This document shows, one piece after another, positions 26,562 to 39,730 of a stretch of DNA of 64,000 nt; position 1 is the stretch's first letter, and the number at the start of each line of letters is the position of its first letter. Under the pieces are notes generated by a model that had not been told where the DNA came from, made no database searches, and saw nothing but the letters and a program-made list of their open reading frames with translations. The stretch is from contig OX597817.1 in assembly GCA_951406725.2 (NCBI GenBank), positions 161,324,001-161,388,000 on the forward strand. Reading direction: 5' to 3'. This DNA comes from Octopus vulgaris. Its lineage: Eukaryota. The translations under genes were made by a program, and so were the position numbers.

Positions 26562-26778
26562 GGCGATCTTTCAGTACAAGTACCATAACTGCCAATTATA
26601 AACCCATGTGGGTTTATTTACATTTCTGAAGAAAAAAGAAACCCTTTTCCCCCACCCCTAATCCTAACCCTAACCCAAACCCTAACCCCACATATATAAA
26701 AAAAGAACTTTACGATCTTCTTCTTCAAATGTAAACAAACAGACTTGGCAGTTATGGTACTTGTACCGAAAGATCGTC
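26562..26778. mobile_element. MITE with TIRs of about 34 bp and internal (CCCTAA)-like repeats
   Basis: CGATCTTTCAGTACAAGTACCATAACTGCCAA / TTGGCAGTTATGGTACTTGTACCGAAAGATCG. Confidence 0.72.
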
Positions 26779-26844
26779 GATTACGATTATATCGGAATGT
26801 TGTGTGAAAAAAAAAAAAATAGTGGGCCCACACACATGCGCACT

Positions 26845-27110
26845 GACACGCATTGCAATTTGACATGCCTACAAAGTCAGAAAACAATACAGCTCCCATG
26901 ACTTTCGGAAACATTTTTTCACGTTCAGAGTTGCTGAAGCATGGAATAAACTGCCTGCGTCAGTTGTTGACTGCCATGACACTGCATCTTTTAAGGCCCT
27001 CATGCTTTCCGAAATCCGCCGAAACTTCACCTGATTATATATACACTTTAGATGAGTTGTAGTGCACCTGAGCACTGTACACAATTATTATTATTATTAT
27101 TATTATTATA
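26845..27110 (+). mobile_element. CR1/L2-group LINE 3' fragment with an (ATT)n tail; second copy at 20095-20310 (-)
   Basis: RKHFFTFRVAEAWNKLPASVVDCHDTASFK. Confidence 0.8.
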
Positions 27111-28307
27111 ATTTTAAGTTTCATTTTGAAGATATATATGTGATGCGTATTAATACATATGTGTGTGCCCACTAATTTTTGTTTCACATTTCATTCAGTA
27201 ATCTACGTTGACCAAAAGGTGTTTGTAAAAAATTTCATTGAAAGTCATGTGGAAACAATGCCGATTCAAGTAAATTTCCTAAATTCATGTCCCCCACCTT
27301 CGGAAAAATATTCACTACAAATTTTGATATGGGCTTCTATGGGCTTTCAATACTGTCTGAGGGTGGTCGTGAAGATCTTTTCATTTCCCCAGTCACCCCA
27401 GAAAGCCATTAAAAACATTGATAAACCGACCCCTTATGCCCATAAGTTATGGGCATATGAGCATTGCCAAAGTCCAATGAATATTAATTACTCTCACAAA
27501 AAGCCCCAACTAGCTCATAAACAACAAAACTGGCTCGGGCTGGAATGTGATAAGAAACTTAGCTCTTGATTTAGTGAGGAATTTTAGCTGCGACCCAGCA
27601 ACGAACACCAAGCACTAGCACTAAGCCTGGCAACACCGGGTCATAGTGCTTGTAATTGTTAAAGCTGTTTTACATTTCCTGTTGTTTCCCTGGCCAACAT
27701 ATACATAGGTGCAGACATGACTGTGTGGTTAAGAAGCTTTCTTTGTCACATTGTGGTTTCAGGTTCAATCCTAAAGTGTGCAGTGTTCAATCTCAGCTTG
27801 GTTAGATGTCTTCAACCAATGCCTTGTTTTAGGATTTGGTATGTTTTTGGATTTTGTACTGTGTGATAGTGGGGAACAAACACAAACTCAGACAAAACAT
27901 CCACTTGACAACTGGTGTTGGTTTGTTTACATTCCGCTAACTGTCAAGTTATAGGGACATAAACGAACCAACACAGGTTGTCAAGAGGTGCTGGCAGAGA
28001 ATAAACAAGCACAAAGACGCACACACACACATGCATGCATACACATATATTTGAGGCTTACACACAGTTTCCATTTGCAGCATGGCAATTATTGACCAGG
28101 GGTTATAATAGGAGACACATGCTCAAAGTGTCATGCAGTGAGATTGAACCTGAAGCCATGTAGTTACAAAACAAGCTTCTCTAGCTCACAGCCATGCCTG
28201 AACTAGTGTAATGCACCTAAAGAAATTGAAAGCCGCTCCTAGATGCAATTCTTTAAAATATGTATTTAAATATATTAAATTGTCTCTTGTTCTCTATTTT
28301 TTTGCAG

Positions 28308-28369
28308 GGGAAGCTTTCCTGAAGTTCTCACGAGTTACCAAAGAGCTCTCAGCTTTGATGAAAAATCTG
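28308..28369 (+). CDS. ASAP1: ASAP exon (BAR): GEAFLKFSRVTKELSALMKNL
   Basis: tttgcag / gtatgt; resembles ASAP1 GTAFVKFSTLTKELSTLLKNL; phase 1-0. Confidence 0.95.
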
Positions 28370-29068
28370 GTATGTACTTAAATTTTTCCTTTGCTTTACT
28401 CTACTAACTGCTGCTGCTTTCTTCTTCTTCTTCTTCCACTCAGGACTCACACCATTAACCACAAAGAATAATCTCTAATTCGAGCCTACTCTAAGCTACT
28501 AAGAATGCGTGTGGCAACCTGAAGATCCACCCACCACACGCGTTAGACTGGCGGCTTGCACGGGTGTGAAAGCTACATTGTTATCCTCATTCTGTAAACG
28601 GTGGCTTTTTAACGACTGGAGAGCTGAACCATCCTGGGGTACAGAGGATTTGCAATCTAGACTAGGGTCTGAAAGTTTACCACACCATAGTGGGTTACAC
28701 CGTGGTTCCTCTGCTTTGTGGCAGAAGTAGGAAGAAAGAGTGAGAGAAAGTTGTGGTGAAAGAGTACAGCGGGATTCATCCCGACCCGCCGGAGCCTCGT
28801 GGAGCTTAGGTATTTTTGCTCAATAAACACTCACAATGGCCGGACTGGGAATCGAAACTGCATTCTTACGACTGCGAGTCCGCTGCCCTAACCACTGGGC
28901 CATTGCACCTCCACTCCTATTGTTGTTGTTACTATTGCTGCTACTATTATTTCTCCTTCATTACTTCTGCCGATACATTTAAACTATTGGTAATGTAGCT
29001 CATACCGTCACCTCCTACATAGGCAATCAACAGTCATGCAAATGATGTTGTTAATCAACTGGCCAAAA

Positions 29069-29107
<39 letters not shown>

Positions 29108-30025
29108 CCACTATGAAAACTCACCTACACATCATCATTTCGTCCGCCGCTACGTTCTGAGTTCAAATTCTGCCGAGGTCAACTTTGCCTTTCATCCTTT
29201 CGGGGTCGATTAAATAAGTACCAGTTACACACTGGGGCTGATATAACCGACTTAACCCTTGTGTCTGTCCTTGTTTGTCCTCTTTGTGTTTAGCCCCTTG
29301 TGGGTAGTAAAAAAAAAAAAAATTATTATTATTATTACTTCTGCTTTAGCAAAGGCGGTGGTATTATTTTCAGTCGTGTTTGTTTGTTTTTTTGTCTGTG
29401 GACAAGATATCTCAAGAACTGTTGGATGGATTCAGATGAAACTTTCAGGGATGTTTGGCCTCATGGCTGGCACAAACTGATTAGATTTGGGGATCGTTTT
29501 GGATTATTTTTCCTGTTTTTTTTTACTTAATTTTTGAGAGCGGTCGGGTTCATTTTTAGTATTCTCGTTTGTGAGAGCATGACTTTCTCTCACTCTTTCT
29601 TCCTGTTCCTGTTGTACCTGTGTTTCAAAGGGCCAGCCTTGTCACACTCTGTGTCATGCTGACTTTCCCAGAGAAGAACATTAAGGGTACACGTGTCTGT
29701 GGAGTGCTCAGCCACTTGCTTGTTAATTTCACATGCAGGCTGTTCCGTTGATCGGATCAACTGGAACCCTTGTTGTCGTAACCGACAGAGTGCCACAACA
29801 TTACCTGTATGACCCTGCTATTTTGAAGACAGTAGTAAGCAATCTACAGGCGATTGGACTGCTATTTCTAGCAGATTGTGCAACCATGTAAAGGTTCTCC
29901 CTCTCAGTTGGTTTGTTCATTAAGGGACTGCATAGGGGCACATGTAGTGACTTGATGTTATTGTTGTTACTGTTGAAGCTTTCTAATAGTCTCTCTCTCT
30001 CTCTCTTTCTCTTTCTCTGAACCAG

Positions 30026-30150
30026 ATACAAAGCCTGAACAACATCCTGTTGTTTCCTCTTGATACATTCCTGAAGGGAGAGTTGAAAGGAGTGAAAGGG
30101 GACCTGAAGAAACCATTTGATAAAGCTACAAAGGAGTACGAGACAAAATT
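30026..30150 (+). CDS. ASAP1: ASAP exon (BAR): IQSLNNILLFPLDTFLKGELKGVKGDLKKPFDKATKEYETKF
   Basis: accag / gtgagt; LKGxLKGVKGDLKKPFDKA signature; phase 0-2. Confidence 0.97.
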
Positions 30151-31098
30151 GTGAGTATCATTTTTATCCTACATCAACACTACACAGTCACTACTTTCTA
30201 CCCAACATCAAAACTTCATTTCCACCCCTATCTACCCTGCCTCATCAGAACGCTACCATCACTGTCTACCTTACCTCAACATTACACAGCTACCGCTATC
30301 TACCATACTTCAACACTATACTACCAATTGTATCAACCCTTTCAGCCACTTTGCCTCCATGAGGCCCAATGCCCAAAAGGAACTCAGCTACCTTGCCTCC
30401 ATGAGGCCCAACACTCGAAAGGAACTTAGCCACTTTGCCTCCATGAGGCCCAATGCTCATAAGGAACTCAGCCACTTTGCTCTGTGAGGCCCAACGCTTG
30501 GAAAGAACTCAGTCACTTTGCCTCCATGAGGTCCAACGTTCAAAAGATGTTCTTCACATGCTACCAGGTCCTCTCAAGCACAGCACATCACCAAAGGTCT
30601 CTGTCACCAGTCATTGCCTCTGTGAGGCTCAAAGTCGAAGATCATGTTTCACCACCTCATCCCATGTCTTCCTGGGTCTACATCTACCACAGGTTACCTC
30701 CACAGTTAGAGATCAGCACTTCTTTACACAGCTGCCCTCATCCATATGCAATATGTATATATATATATAGAGAGAGAGAGAGGTATAAAGTGTGTGTGTG
30801 TGTGTGTGTGTGTGCATATGGCATCTTTTAGCATGAGATAACTGGATTTGTTAACTGAAGATAATAAGTCATTAGCATGTGAAAACTGCCAACGATATCT
30901 ATCAGATGAATGTTTAACCATCTGTTTAAAAGAGAAAAGATGAGCAATTAAGATATTTGTTAATTGAAGATTTATTAAGATTGGTTTGTTAGCTGCTTAC
31001 ACATGAACAGTTTCCATTCATAGCTAATGTTTTATTGAGAGAATTTGCTCAAAGAAGATTTGTAAATGTGTTTCACAACTGTTCAATGTTTGTTTCAG

Positions 31099-31174
31099 TA
31101 CAAAAATAGAAAAAGAAAAGAAACAACAAGCTAAAGAAGTAGGAATGATTCGCTCTGAAGTGTCCGGCCCTGAG
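31099..31174 (+). CDS. ASAP1: ASAP exon (BAR): TKIEKEKKQQAKEVGMIRSEVSGPE
   Basis: tttcag / gtatgt; resembles TKIEKEKREHAKQHGMIRTEITGAE; phase 2-0. Confidence 0.97.
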
Positions 31175-31364
31175 GTATGTATAAAGTATGGCACACTCCA
31201 AACGTGTATGTGTGTGTGTGTGTGAGATCATCTTCATCATCATCACCATTTACCATCTGTTTTCCAGGAGGTGACGAGTTCAAAAAAAGCTATGTCCAGC
31301 CACTTAAAATAAAGAACTCAATGTTAAGTCTGAGAGTGAATAAAATATATTTAATCCTTAACCA

Positions 31365-31414
31365 TTAGTCTGACAAAATACATTTTGTTTCACCTATAGC
31401 TCTTCAGGAGCTAA
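31365..31414 (-). ncRNA. type I hammerhead ribozyme in a fold-back (decayed + strand copy at 31460-31510)
   Basis: minus strand: TTAGCTC-CTGAAGA-GC(TATAG)GT-GAAA-CAAAA(TGTA)TTTTG-TC-AGACTAA. Confidence 0.65.
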
Positions 31415-31739
31415 AGAACAATATTTAAAGAAACCATTTAGTCCGCTAAATATTGTTCTTTAGTTCCTGAAGAGCTATAAAAAAAGCAAAAAAATGTTTT
31501 GTTGGATTAATGAACATGGATTATATATATATATATAAATATATATGTATGTGTGTGTGTGTGTATGTGTATATATGTATATATATACCCTACCAAGAAT
31601 TCACAACGACCTTGAACACACAAGTGCAAACAAGGGAGACAGAGAAAGGCAGAATGCCACTTATATTTGAACACTATACAAATATTCCTTTAAAAAAACT
31701 TTTCTTTTAATTTTTCTAAATTTAATTATTTAATCATTA

Positions 31740-31777
31740 CAGTTGAAAAGGTCTCAAAATGACCGAAACTGGTACTG
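31740..31777 (+). ncRNA. decayed minimal hammerhead in a PLE 3' fragment (about 31588-31830)
   Basis: CAG-TTGAAAA(mutated core)-GGTC(7 nt)GACC-GAAA-CTGG-TA-CTG; (TA)n on both sides. Confidence 0.55.
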
Positions 31778-31825
31778 AAATGTTCTTTATAAAATTATTT
31801 TAGCATTTTCTATCTTGACTTGTTT

Positions 31826-31879
<54 letters not shown>

Positions 31880-31923
31880 ATAGATATATGTGTGTGTGTG
31901 TGTGTGTGTGTGCATGTGTATAG

Positions 31924-31956
<33 letters not shown>

Positions 31957-31965
31957 TGTGTATAG

Positions 31966-32002
<37 letters not shown>

Positions 32003-32309
32003 GATATATGTATGTGTATATATATATAATCATTTAACATCCATGTTCCATGCTTACATGGGTTGGACAAAAATGTTTTCCAGTGCCTACTGGGATCATA
32101 ATCCAGACACACCATAAATTGTGCAGATATGCTAAACACTAAGGCAATTGTCATTTTATTCATCCATCCATCCATCCATCTATCCATACATACATGTTTT
32201 GTGCGTGTGTGTGTAATTGCACACACAATTACAGAGAAAGAGAGAGAGAAAGAGTAAAGTGTAATGCATAAATGAAAATCAGAAGAATTCCTTTTTTTCT
32301 TTGTTGCAG

Positions 32310-32363
32310 ATTGCAGAAGAGATGGAAAAAGAAAGAAAAATGTTTCAGTTACAAGCATGTGAA
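32310..32363 (+). CDS. ASAP1: ASAP exon (BAR): IAEEMEKERKMFQLQACE
   Basis: ttgcag / gtaagt; phase 0-0. Confidence 0.97.
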
Positions 32364-33085
32364 GTAAGTATCTTTAATGACAGGACGGGCATCTGACTGT
32401 AAAGCAATGCTTTAGTAATATTTATTCATCTGACCTTTACTACCACGGCAAAATAGACAATATAATGAACTAAATATCGGAATGAAAATTGTATTTTTAC
32501 CATTCAGCTGGTCATTATATTTCTTGACCATCCAACACTGACATCTACAGATCAGCTGTCCTCTATTATAATGACCATCGCTACTGGCATTTCAAGTTTA
32601 CCAGGTCACTCGGTAACTGACCACTAATAGCTGATATCTACTTATTGCTAATGTATATGTAATAAACCCTTAAAGAGAGAGCCCCAGCATGACCACAGTC
32701 CAACGACTGAAACAAGAAAAGGATAAAAGATAGATAGTCCTCTAAAACATTTAGTCATGGGACCTCTAGGCTAATCCCTGCTTTGATAGTGAAAGTGGGC
32801 TTAACTCTAGCATTTAATCCAGCCATTTCTGGTCCAGATATTCTCCTGGTTTTATGTTAAAACTGAGCAGATCCAATGTCTCACACCTACCCTACAAGGT
32901 CATTCTAAAAATAAACAACCACATCATAGAAATTGTGAAGCTATGAAAAAATGCATGATTAATTCAAAACAATGTGAATAAATAAGGTTTACATTTGACA
33001 AAGAAATCTGAATGTTCAAGAGTTAAAGTTGTATTTGTGTGGCCTATTCTATCCATATCAGATACCATAAGCATCCACATAAATC

Positions 33086-33945
33086 TTTGGCATTGCTAGC
33101 TTTCCATACTTTGTGATTTTGGCATTGCTAGCTTTAAATACTATGTGATTTTGGCACTGCTAGCTTTCCATACTTTGTAATTTTGGCACTGCTAGCTTTC
33201 CATACTTTGTGAATTTGGCACTGCTAGCTTTCCATACTTTGTGATTTTGGCACTGCTAGGTTTCCATACTTTGTGATTTTGGCACTGCTAGGTTTCCATA
33301 CTTTGTGATTTTGGCACTACTAGGTTTCCATACTTTGTGATTTTGGCACTGCTAGGTTTCCATACTTTGTGATTTTGGCACTGCTAGGTTTCCATACTTT
33401 GTGATTTTTGTCACTGCTAGCTTTCCATACTTTGTGAATTTGGCACTGCTAGTTTTCCATACTTTGTGATTTTGGCACCGCTAGGTTTCCATACTTTGTG
33501 ATTTTGTCACTGCAAGCTTTCCATACTTTGTGATTTTGGCACTGCTAGCTTTCCATACATCGTGATTTTGGCACTGCCAGGTTTCCATACTTTGTGATTT
33601 TGGCACTGCTAGTTTTTCATACTTTGTGATTTTGGCACTGCTAGCTTTCCATACTTTGTGATTTTGTCACTGCTAGCTTTCCATACTTTGTGATTTTGGC
33701 ACTGCTAGCTTTCCATACTTTGTGATTTTGTCACTGCTAGCTTTCCATACTTTGTGAATTTGGCACCGCTAGCTTTCCATACTTTATGATTTTGACACTG
33801 CTAGGTTTCCATACTTTGTGATTTTGCCACTGCTAGCTTTCCATACTTTGTGAATTTGGCACTGCTAGGTTTCCATACTTTATGATTTTGGCACTGCTAG
33901 GTTTCCATACTTTGTGATTTTGGCATCGCTAAGCTTCCCATACTT
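33086..33945. repeat. 32-bp minisatellite, about 27 copies
   Basis: unit TTTTGGCACTGCTAGSTTTCCATACTTTGTGA. Confidence 0.95.
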
Positions 33946-34110
33946 TCTGTTAGTCTCTCATTTGCAAACTTAAATCTTAAATATACATTAACTATATGAA
34001 GATATGATCTACTGGTGGTCAGTAATGTAGTGACTTTTTTTTTAAAAAGACTGTTATTTTAGCAGATGAACGTTTAAAGTTGTCTAATTTCTTCTTCTGT
34101 TTGTTCGCAG

Positions 34111-34196
34111 TATCTAATAAAAGTCAATGAAATCCGCACAAAGAAAGGAGTCGATCTACTACAACATCTAGTTGAATACTACCAAGCTCAAACCAC
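34111..34196 (+). CDS. ASAP1: ASAP exon (BAR): [29 protein letters not shown]
   Basis: tcgcag / gtaagt; [18 protein letters not shown] signature; phase 0-2. Confidence 0.97.
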
Positions 34197-34445
34197 GTAA
34201 GTCTCAGTTTCATTTCCCATCACTTTGATGGCATGCACTGCTCTCTCACTCAATAATAATAATATTTTTTCCTGATGTACTCCATCAATATAAACATTTT
34301 AACAATGAATAAAAGTAAATTGTTGATTTTTAAAAGCTTAACTTCTGTCTGACTTGCTTTTTTTCATATCGCTAAAAAAAATGACCACAAAAACTATATA
34401 AAACACCTGAAGCTGATCTTACCATTTCTAACATGTCTGTTTCAG

Positions 34446-34605
34446 ATTATTCCAAGATGGTATCAAAACCATCAACCATTTTAGCAGCTTTATTGATGGT
34501 TTAGTAGGTCAGCTCCGTAAAATTAAACAAAGGCAAGATGAGGAGCGGAAGCAACTAATTGAGCTGAGAGATGTCCTCAAGAATTCAATGTCATCTTTCA
34601 AAGAG
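34446..34605 (+). CDS. ASAP1: ASAP exon (end of BAR): LFQDGIKTINHFSSFIDGLVGQLRKIKQRQDEERKQLIELRDVLKNSMSSFKE
   Basis: tttcag / gtatgt; phase 2-0. Confidence 0.96.
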
Positions 34606-35983
34606 GTATGTATTGGTGATGTTGTTTCCTTGTCTTCTGTATCTCCATCATCTGTGTCGTAGTCTCTCTCGTTAGTAGAACTGTGTCTTGTTATTGAAAG
34701 AAACTAGAGTAAAAACTCTTTTATGAATAGGACCTAGATTAGTATTTATAGAGCCAACTCATTCACTGCTGTAATCTAATGCTGTACTTATAGAACCATG
34801 TTCTACACTGGTAGGCCCTGTGTCTGTTTTGAAAGGTTTTAGTTTTTTACAGATAGGAATTATTCCTTTATCGATATGGCCTGGCCGTTTTAAGGCAACG
34901 AGGTGGCAGAATCATTGCATGCCAGGCAAAATGCTTAGCAGCATTTGGTCACATCTTTATGTTCTGACGTTTGTTGTAGAAGAAAAATAGAATTGACAAG
35001 AACTGAAAGATTTGGTAGAAACAGTAAGTTGGCAGAAAGGTGGTTTTGATAGAAAAATAAGTTTGGTAAAACAGAACATGTAAAATTGGTAAAAAAAAAA
35101 AAATAGAATTAGCAAAAATTAACAGTGAGACAGAGAGGTACCTGTTTGCCTGTATGGCAAAACAGATCTGCATGACTCCACAGTTTGAATGGTGCTGATG
35201 GTCCTGGAATGAAGGATTTGAGATCAAATACTAACAATCATTTTTTTCGTGAGTGGGGTCTCACATCAATGAGGAGAACTTGTGCATTGTACAGCCATCA
35301 AAAGGAAGGCCCCAAAACAGTGCACATTTTCTTGTGATGACCCCCTAAAACCTATTGGTATCTGGTATGCTGTGTTTTCAATCAGCAGCACTCACACAAG
35401 CAAGCTGTTTGTAAGTCTCTAAGTTTGATAGAAATAGAGAGCTGATAGAAAAGTGAGTTTGGTGGTAAGATTAAGCTCAAGAAGAAACTATTAAGTTAAA
35501 TTACCCCTCCCCCCCCAAAAAAAGGATAGATATGAATAACTGACAGAAAATTAATTTGCATTGATTCTCAAAGCAACCTAATCCTTAATTTGGTTTTGCA
35601 ATTTTTTAACCCTTCAGTATTTAAACTGGCTGCATCAGGCCCTAATATTTTGCCTGTTTTATGTACAAACTGGCCAGATCAGGGCTCTCACACCTAACCT
35701 ACAATGTCATTTTAAAAATAAAGTGACATAATCAGAATCCCAAAGTTACGAGATAACACGTGATAATATGAAGAGATAAATAAATATTACATTTAACAGA
35801 ATAATCTGAATGCTAAAAGGTTAAATATTATCTAGATCACAGATTAGTCTTTAGAACTTATACATGTGGTGTACCGCTGGTGGTCAGCTATTATAGTGGG
35901 GACAATCCCCTCTAGATTAAGCTAAGGTGGGTTTAGAAGTTTGAATTTTAAGTCAAAGAGTAAGGAAGGTGTACAGGAATATA

Positions 35984-36505
35984 CCGTAAATCCTCGAGTA
36001 TAATCTGCACTTTTTCCCCAAAATTTAAAGGTCAAAATCCTTAGTGCGTACTATATACGAGGTTAAAAAGGAAAAATATTTTCTAAGCAATGTCCAAGTC
36101 TCTATTTGCTGTCCGGCAATGTTTATTCAGACGCATTTTGTGATGTCAGGCGCGAAAATACCTTAAGCTAAGCCTGAAAGCAATGCAGTCATAAAAGAAT
36201 CATCCATAACTTGCAGTAAGCAACATTTACTAAAATAAAAGTATTCAGAACACAGAATAACATGTAACAAAAACAATTTGCAAACATATTTACATTCCCA
36301 TATAACAGTTAAGAACATCACCATTATTGTATTACGCATGCACAGAAGTGTTTGTTCGACTAGGTGCTGCTGGCTTAATTACGCACAACTCAAGTTAGAG
36401 AAGGGGTGCGTATTATACACAAGGGTTAGGTTTTTCAGAGGTACAGCCCCCTAAAAATCCCCTGCGTATTATACTCAAGGGTGAACTATACTCAAGGATT
36501 TATGG
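35984..36505. mobile_element. non-autonomous Tc1/mariner (pogo/Tigger-like) MITE
   Basis: TIRs CCGTAAATCCTCGAGTATA / TATACTCAAGGATTTATGG with TA on both sides. Confidence 0.82.
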
Positions 36506-37667
36506 TATGCATTTAGTATTTCTTTTTCTTACACGTTATGATCTTAAAATTTTTCAGTCTTTGTTTCAAATATGTGTGTCTTGTTTATGTACTTTCGTTA
36601 ATTTGTGTAGAAGGAAAAGGTTTTAATGTATGTCTACACATGTGTGTATACATATGTGGTTGTATGCATGTGCACATATACATACATACATAAATGTACA
36701 GGTTTTAGCATATTTCTAGATATGTCTGTAAAAATATAGCTATGGAGATATATTCAGTAACATGAGTATTTGAGTATGTGTTTGTGTGTGGCTCTACACA
36801 CACATATGTACATACAATGGGAAGACTTATTTAAGCGATTTGAGCCAAGATGGAAAAAAAAAAGGGCACAATCAAGGAAGGAATGGAAGTACATTGTGGC
36901 CAGTGGTGTATAACAACATCTGATAGTCTAGTTGATATAGTCACATTTGCATATATACATATTTGTTTTGTTTTTTTATAAGCATTGAAATGTGAATTGT
37001 AAGATACAAATAAGGCAATAATTGATTTTCGAATGCAGAAACGCCATGAGAATAGCAGAAATATTGGGTAAATTACTCTTACCAAGCAAAAAAATTTGTC
37101 AACCAGTAGCCATGGGACTTGAACCCACATCCTTCAAATATTCCAACTGAGTGCTTTACCATTAAGCTACACTGCCTGCTGGAAAAATTAATCTGCAATT
37201 TTAGACATTGTGTGTGTTGTGTATTTGAAAAAAAGAGAGAGAGAGAGAATGGCACATATGTAAATAAGTTAAGATGTGATGTACTGAATATCATATACAA
37301 AACATCTTGAGATTTCCTTCCTAGGTGTTGAAAGTAAACAAAAACCTAGTGGCAGTTGTTTGCAAACCTCAAAGATAATGGGAGATAGTTAATTTTGAGA
37401 AACAGATTTTTAATTTCTTGAAATTAAGAGAAAGTAAGTCTGATCTTTGAAAACAAGCAAGGGAGATAAGTACAGACATGTTTCAATCTATTCGACATTA
37501 CCAGCTTAGTTTAGCTTTCCTGATCAGTTGTTAAATATTTTTACATATAGAAAACAATTAGGATTAATTTTTGGTTATTTGTGTGTGTATATATGTATGT
37601 ATATGTATGTTTGTCTGATGTTTCTGAAAGTATAGGCCACTAATCTTGATGGTTTTCTCTCTTCAAG

Positions 37668-37703
37668 CATGCTCATCACAGACTCTCAGGAGGGAGTTGG
37701 ATA
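37668..37703 (+). CDS. candidate alternative 36-nt microexon HAHHRLSGGSWI in the BAR-PH linker
   Basis: branch-like CACTAAT 37638-37644, pyrimidine tract + aag acceptor, gtaggt donor, phase 0-0, no stop, downstream TGCATG; no transcript evidence. Confidence 0.45.
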
Positions 37704-39697
37704 GTAGGTTTTTCTCTTCCACTACTGCTGTTGTTGTTTTTGTTGTTATTGGTGTTGTTCTTGTTGTTGCTCTTGTTGTTTGTTTGTTTTTGTTTAAGGG
37801 GGTTTTTTTTCCCATTTATTTTCTGGCATGGCTTGCATGTGGATGCAACATTTCTTCCTTTCCTGGTCTTCTCTCCTGCAATATATTATATTTTCTACTA
37901 TATCGTATATACTCTATTGTACAGAATGGGCCATAAGTCACATACAACTTTAAAAAAGAAAATCAATATTTTTCTTATAAAAGCATTAATGTTTCTCTAA
38001 TAATCATTAATCTATTTTTAATACCCGTTGAACCCATTTTAATGCCTGTGGGACTCATTGCCTACCTTGTATATATTTCACTGTATCTTATGTGTATCTT
38101 ATATCCTATATTTCTTATTATATCACATATTGTATTATAACACTATTCTATTTATAAAATATATCATAATACAAATTAGCTGCAGCCCCAATTCTCTTCC
38201 CTTTCACCTATGACCTTTTGCTATTTCTATTCTATATGGCTGAGCCAGTTTCAGCCAGGTTGATAACAAAAGGGTTAAGCAACACAAATATTATATCTCT
38301 CCCTTCTTTATATATTGCTTTTCTTTTTTTTTTTTCATATCTGGTATATTCTTGTTTTAACATCTTTGGTTTGGGTCTTGGAAGAGTTTTCAGACTCATG
38401 TGTTGTTCTTAAATTCAGCTGCACTTGTGAAAAAGCCAGTTGCATTTGTGCTTCATTGCTTCAAACAGTCTTCAAAATCCTGCAGAGGGAATGCTGACCC
38501 AATTCCTCATAGCATCATGTGCAATTTGCATATTTTTGTAAAAAGACTGACTTCCCTCCAAAAGTTTGGATACAGAAACTTGCTAAGAGAAATATTCCCA
38601 GCAGACTTAAGATATCTTTAAATAAAATTCTGTTTCTATTTTTCTCTCCTCACAGTTTCTCTTTTTTCCCCTTCTTCTTAAACAAACAAAATTATAAGTT
38701 ATACAATGCATCTAAGTGGATGTATATAAGCCAACAAATTTGTATAATATCTATACTAAGCATATATAAACCAATAATATATATCTATTATATAAAATCC
38801 GTTCTGTCTGTGTGTGTGTCTCCTAGTATCTCGGACATCCTCCATCCAATTGCGCTCAAATTTGATATGTAGATACCAATGGTATCAGGGCGTGTATAAG
38901 TCTTGAAAAAATTACAAAAATCGATTCCAGGTGAGAATGTGATCGATAAAGCTGTGGGAACGTGCATTTGTATGCGCAAGTACATCAGCTGTTGCAATGT
39001 ACTTACTGGTACTTTAAACTCTTCAGTTGCATATTTGTGTGAAGAAAATTGTTTCTCTTTGGAATAGAAAAAAAGTCTATTTTTATTTCTTCTTTTGCTG
39101 GTGTCTCAAATTTAGGTTAAATCAGTGTTTCTCAAAGGAGAGGCATATGGGACGGTCGGACAAGTTGTTTTGAGAAAATTTGGTTTAAATGTTTGACAAC
39201 TCAGCACCGTCCATTGGACCAGGGGTGTTTTGCTCATATATATATATAAAAACCAATGATATATATTGAAGGTCCCTGACTGAGTATTTATAAAATTAGC
39301 AGATTTACATAATGTCTTTGACAGGGTGTATATAAATCAATTATAGATATGTTTTACTTCTCAACTTTTTCAAAATTATCTTCAAGTTTGCAAAACTATT
39401 TTAGTGTAATCACACGTATCTTCTCACTAAATTAAGTATATGTGCAACTACTCAACACATCTTACATTTTCTAAATTATTTATTTATTCATTTCATTTAT
39501 TTTCCTGTGTCTTTGTATAAGTCTATGTCTATCTCTATAACTATCTGCCAATCTATTTATCTATCTACTTATTTACCATCCGACTCATTCAAACTATCCC
39601 CTCACCCATCCATCAATGCATTCATCCATTTCTACATCTGTATATTTATCTGTCTGTCATTCTGTCTACTGGTCTCTCTCTCTGTCCACCTTCAAAC

Positions 39698-39730
<33 letters not shown>

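Noticed and set aside
33086-33945. 32-bp repeats resembling a CRISPR array
   Set aside because: Units are contiguous with no unique spacers, there are no cas genes, and the context is a eukaryotic intron
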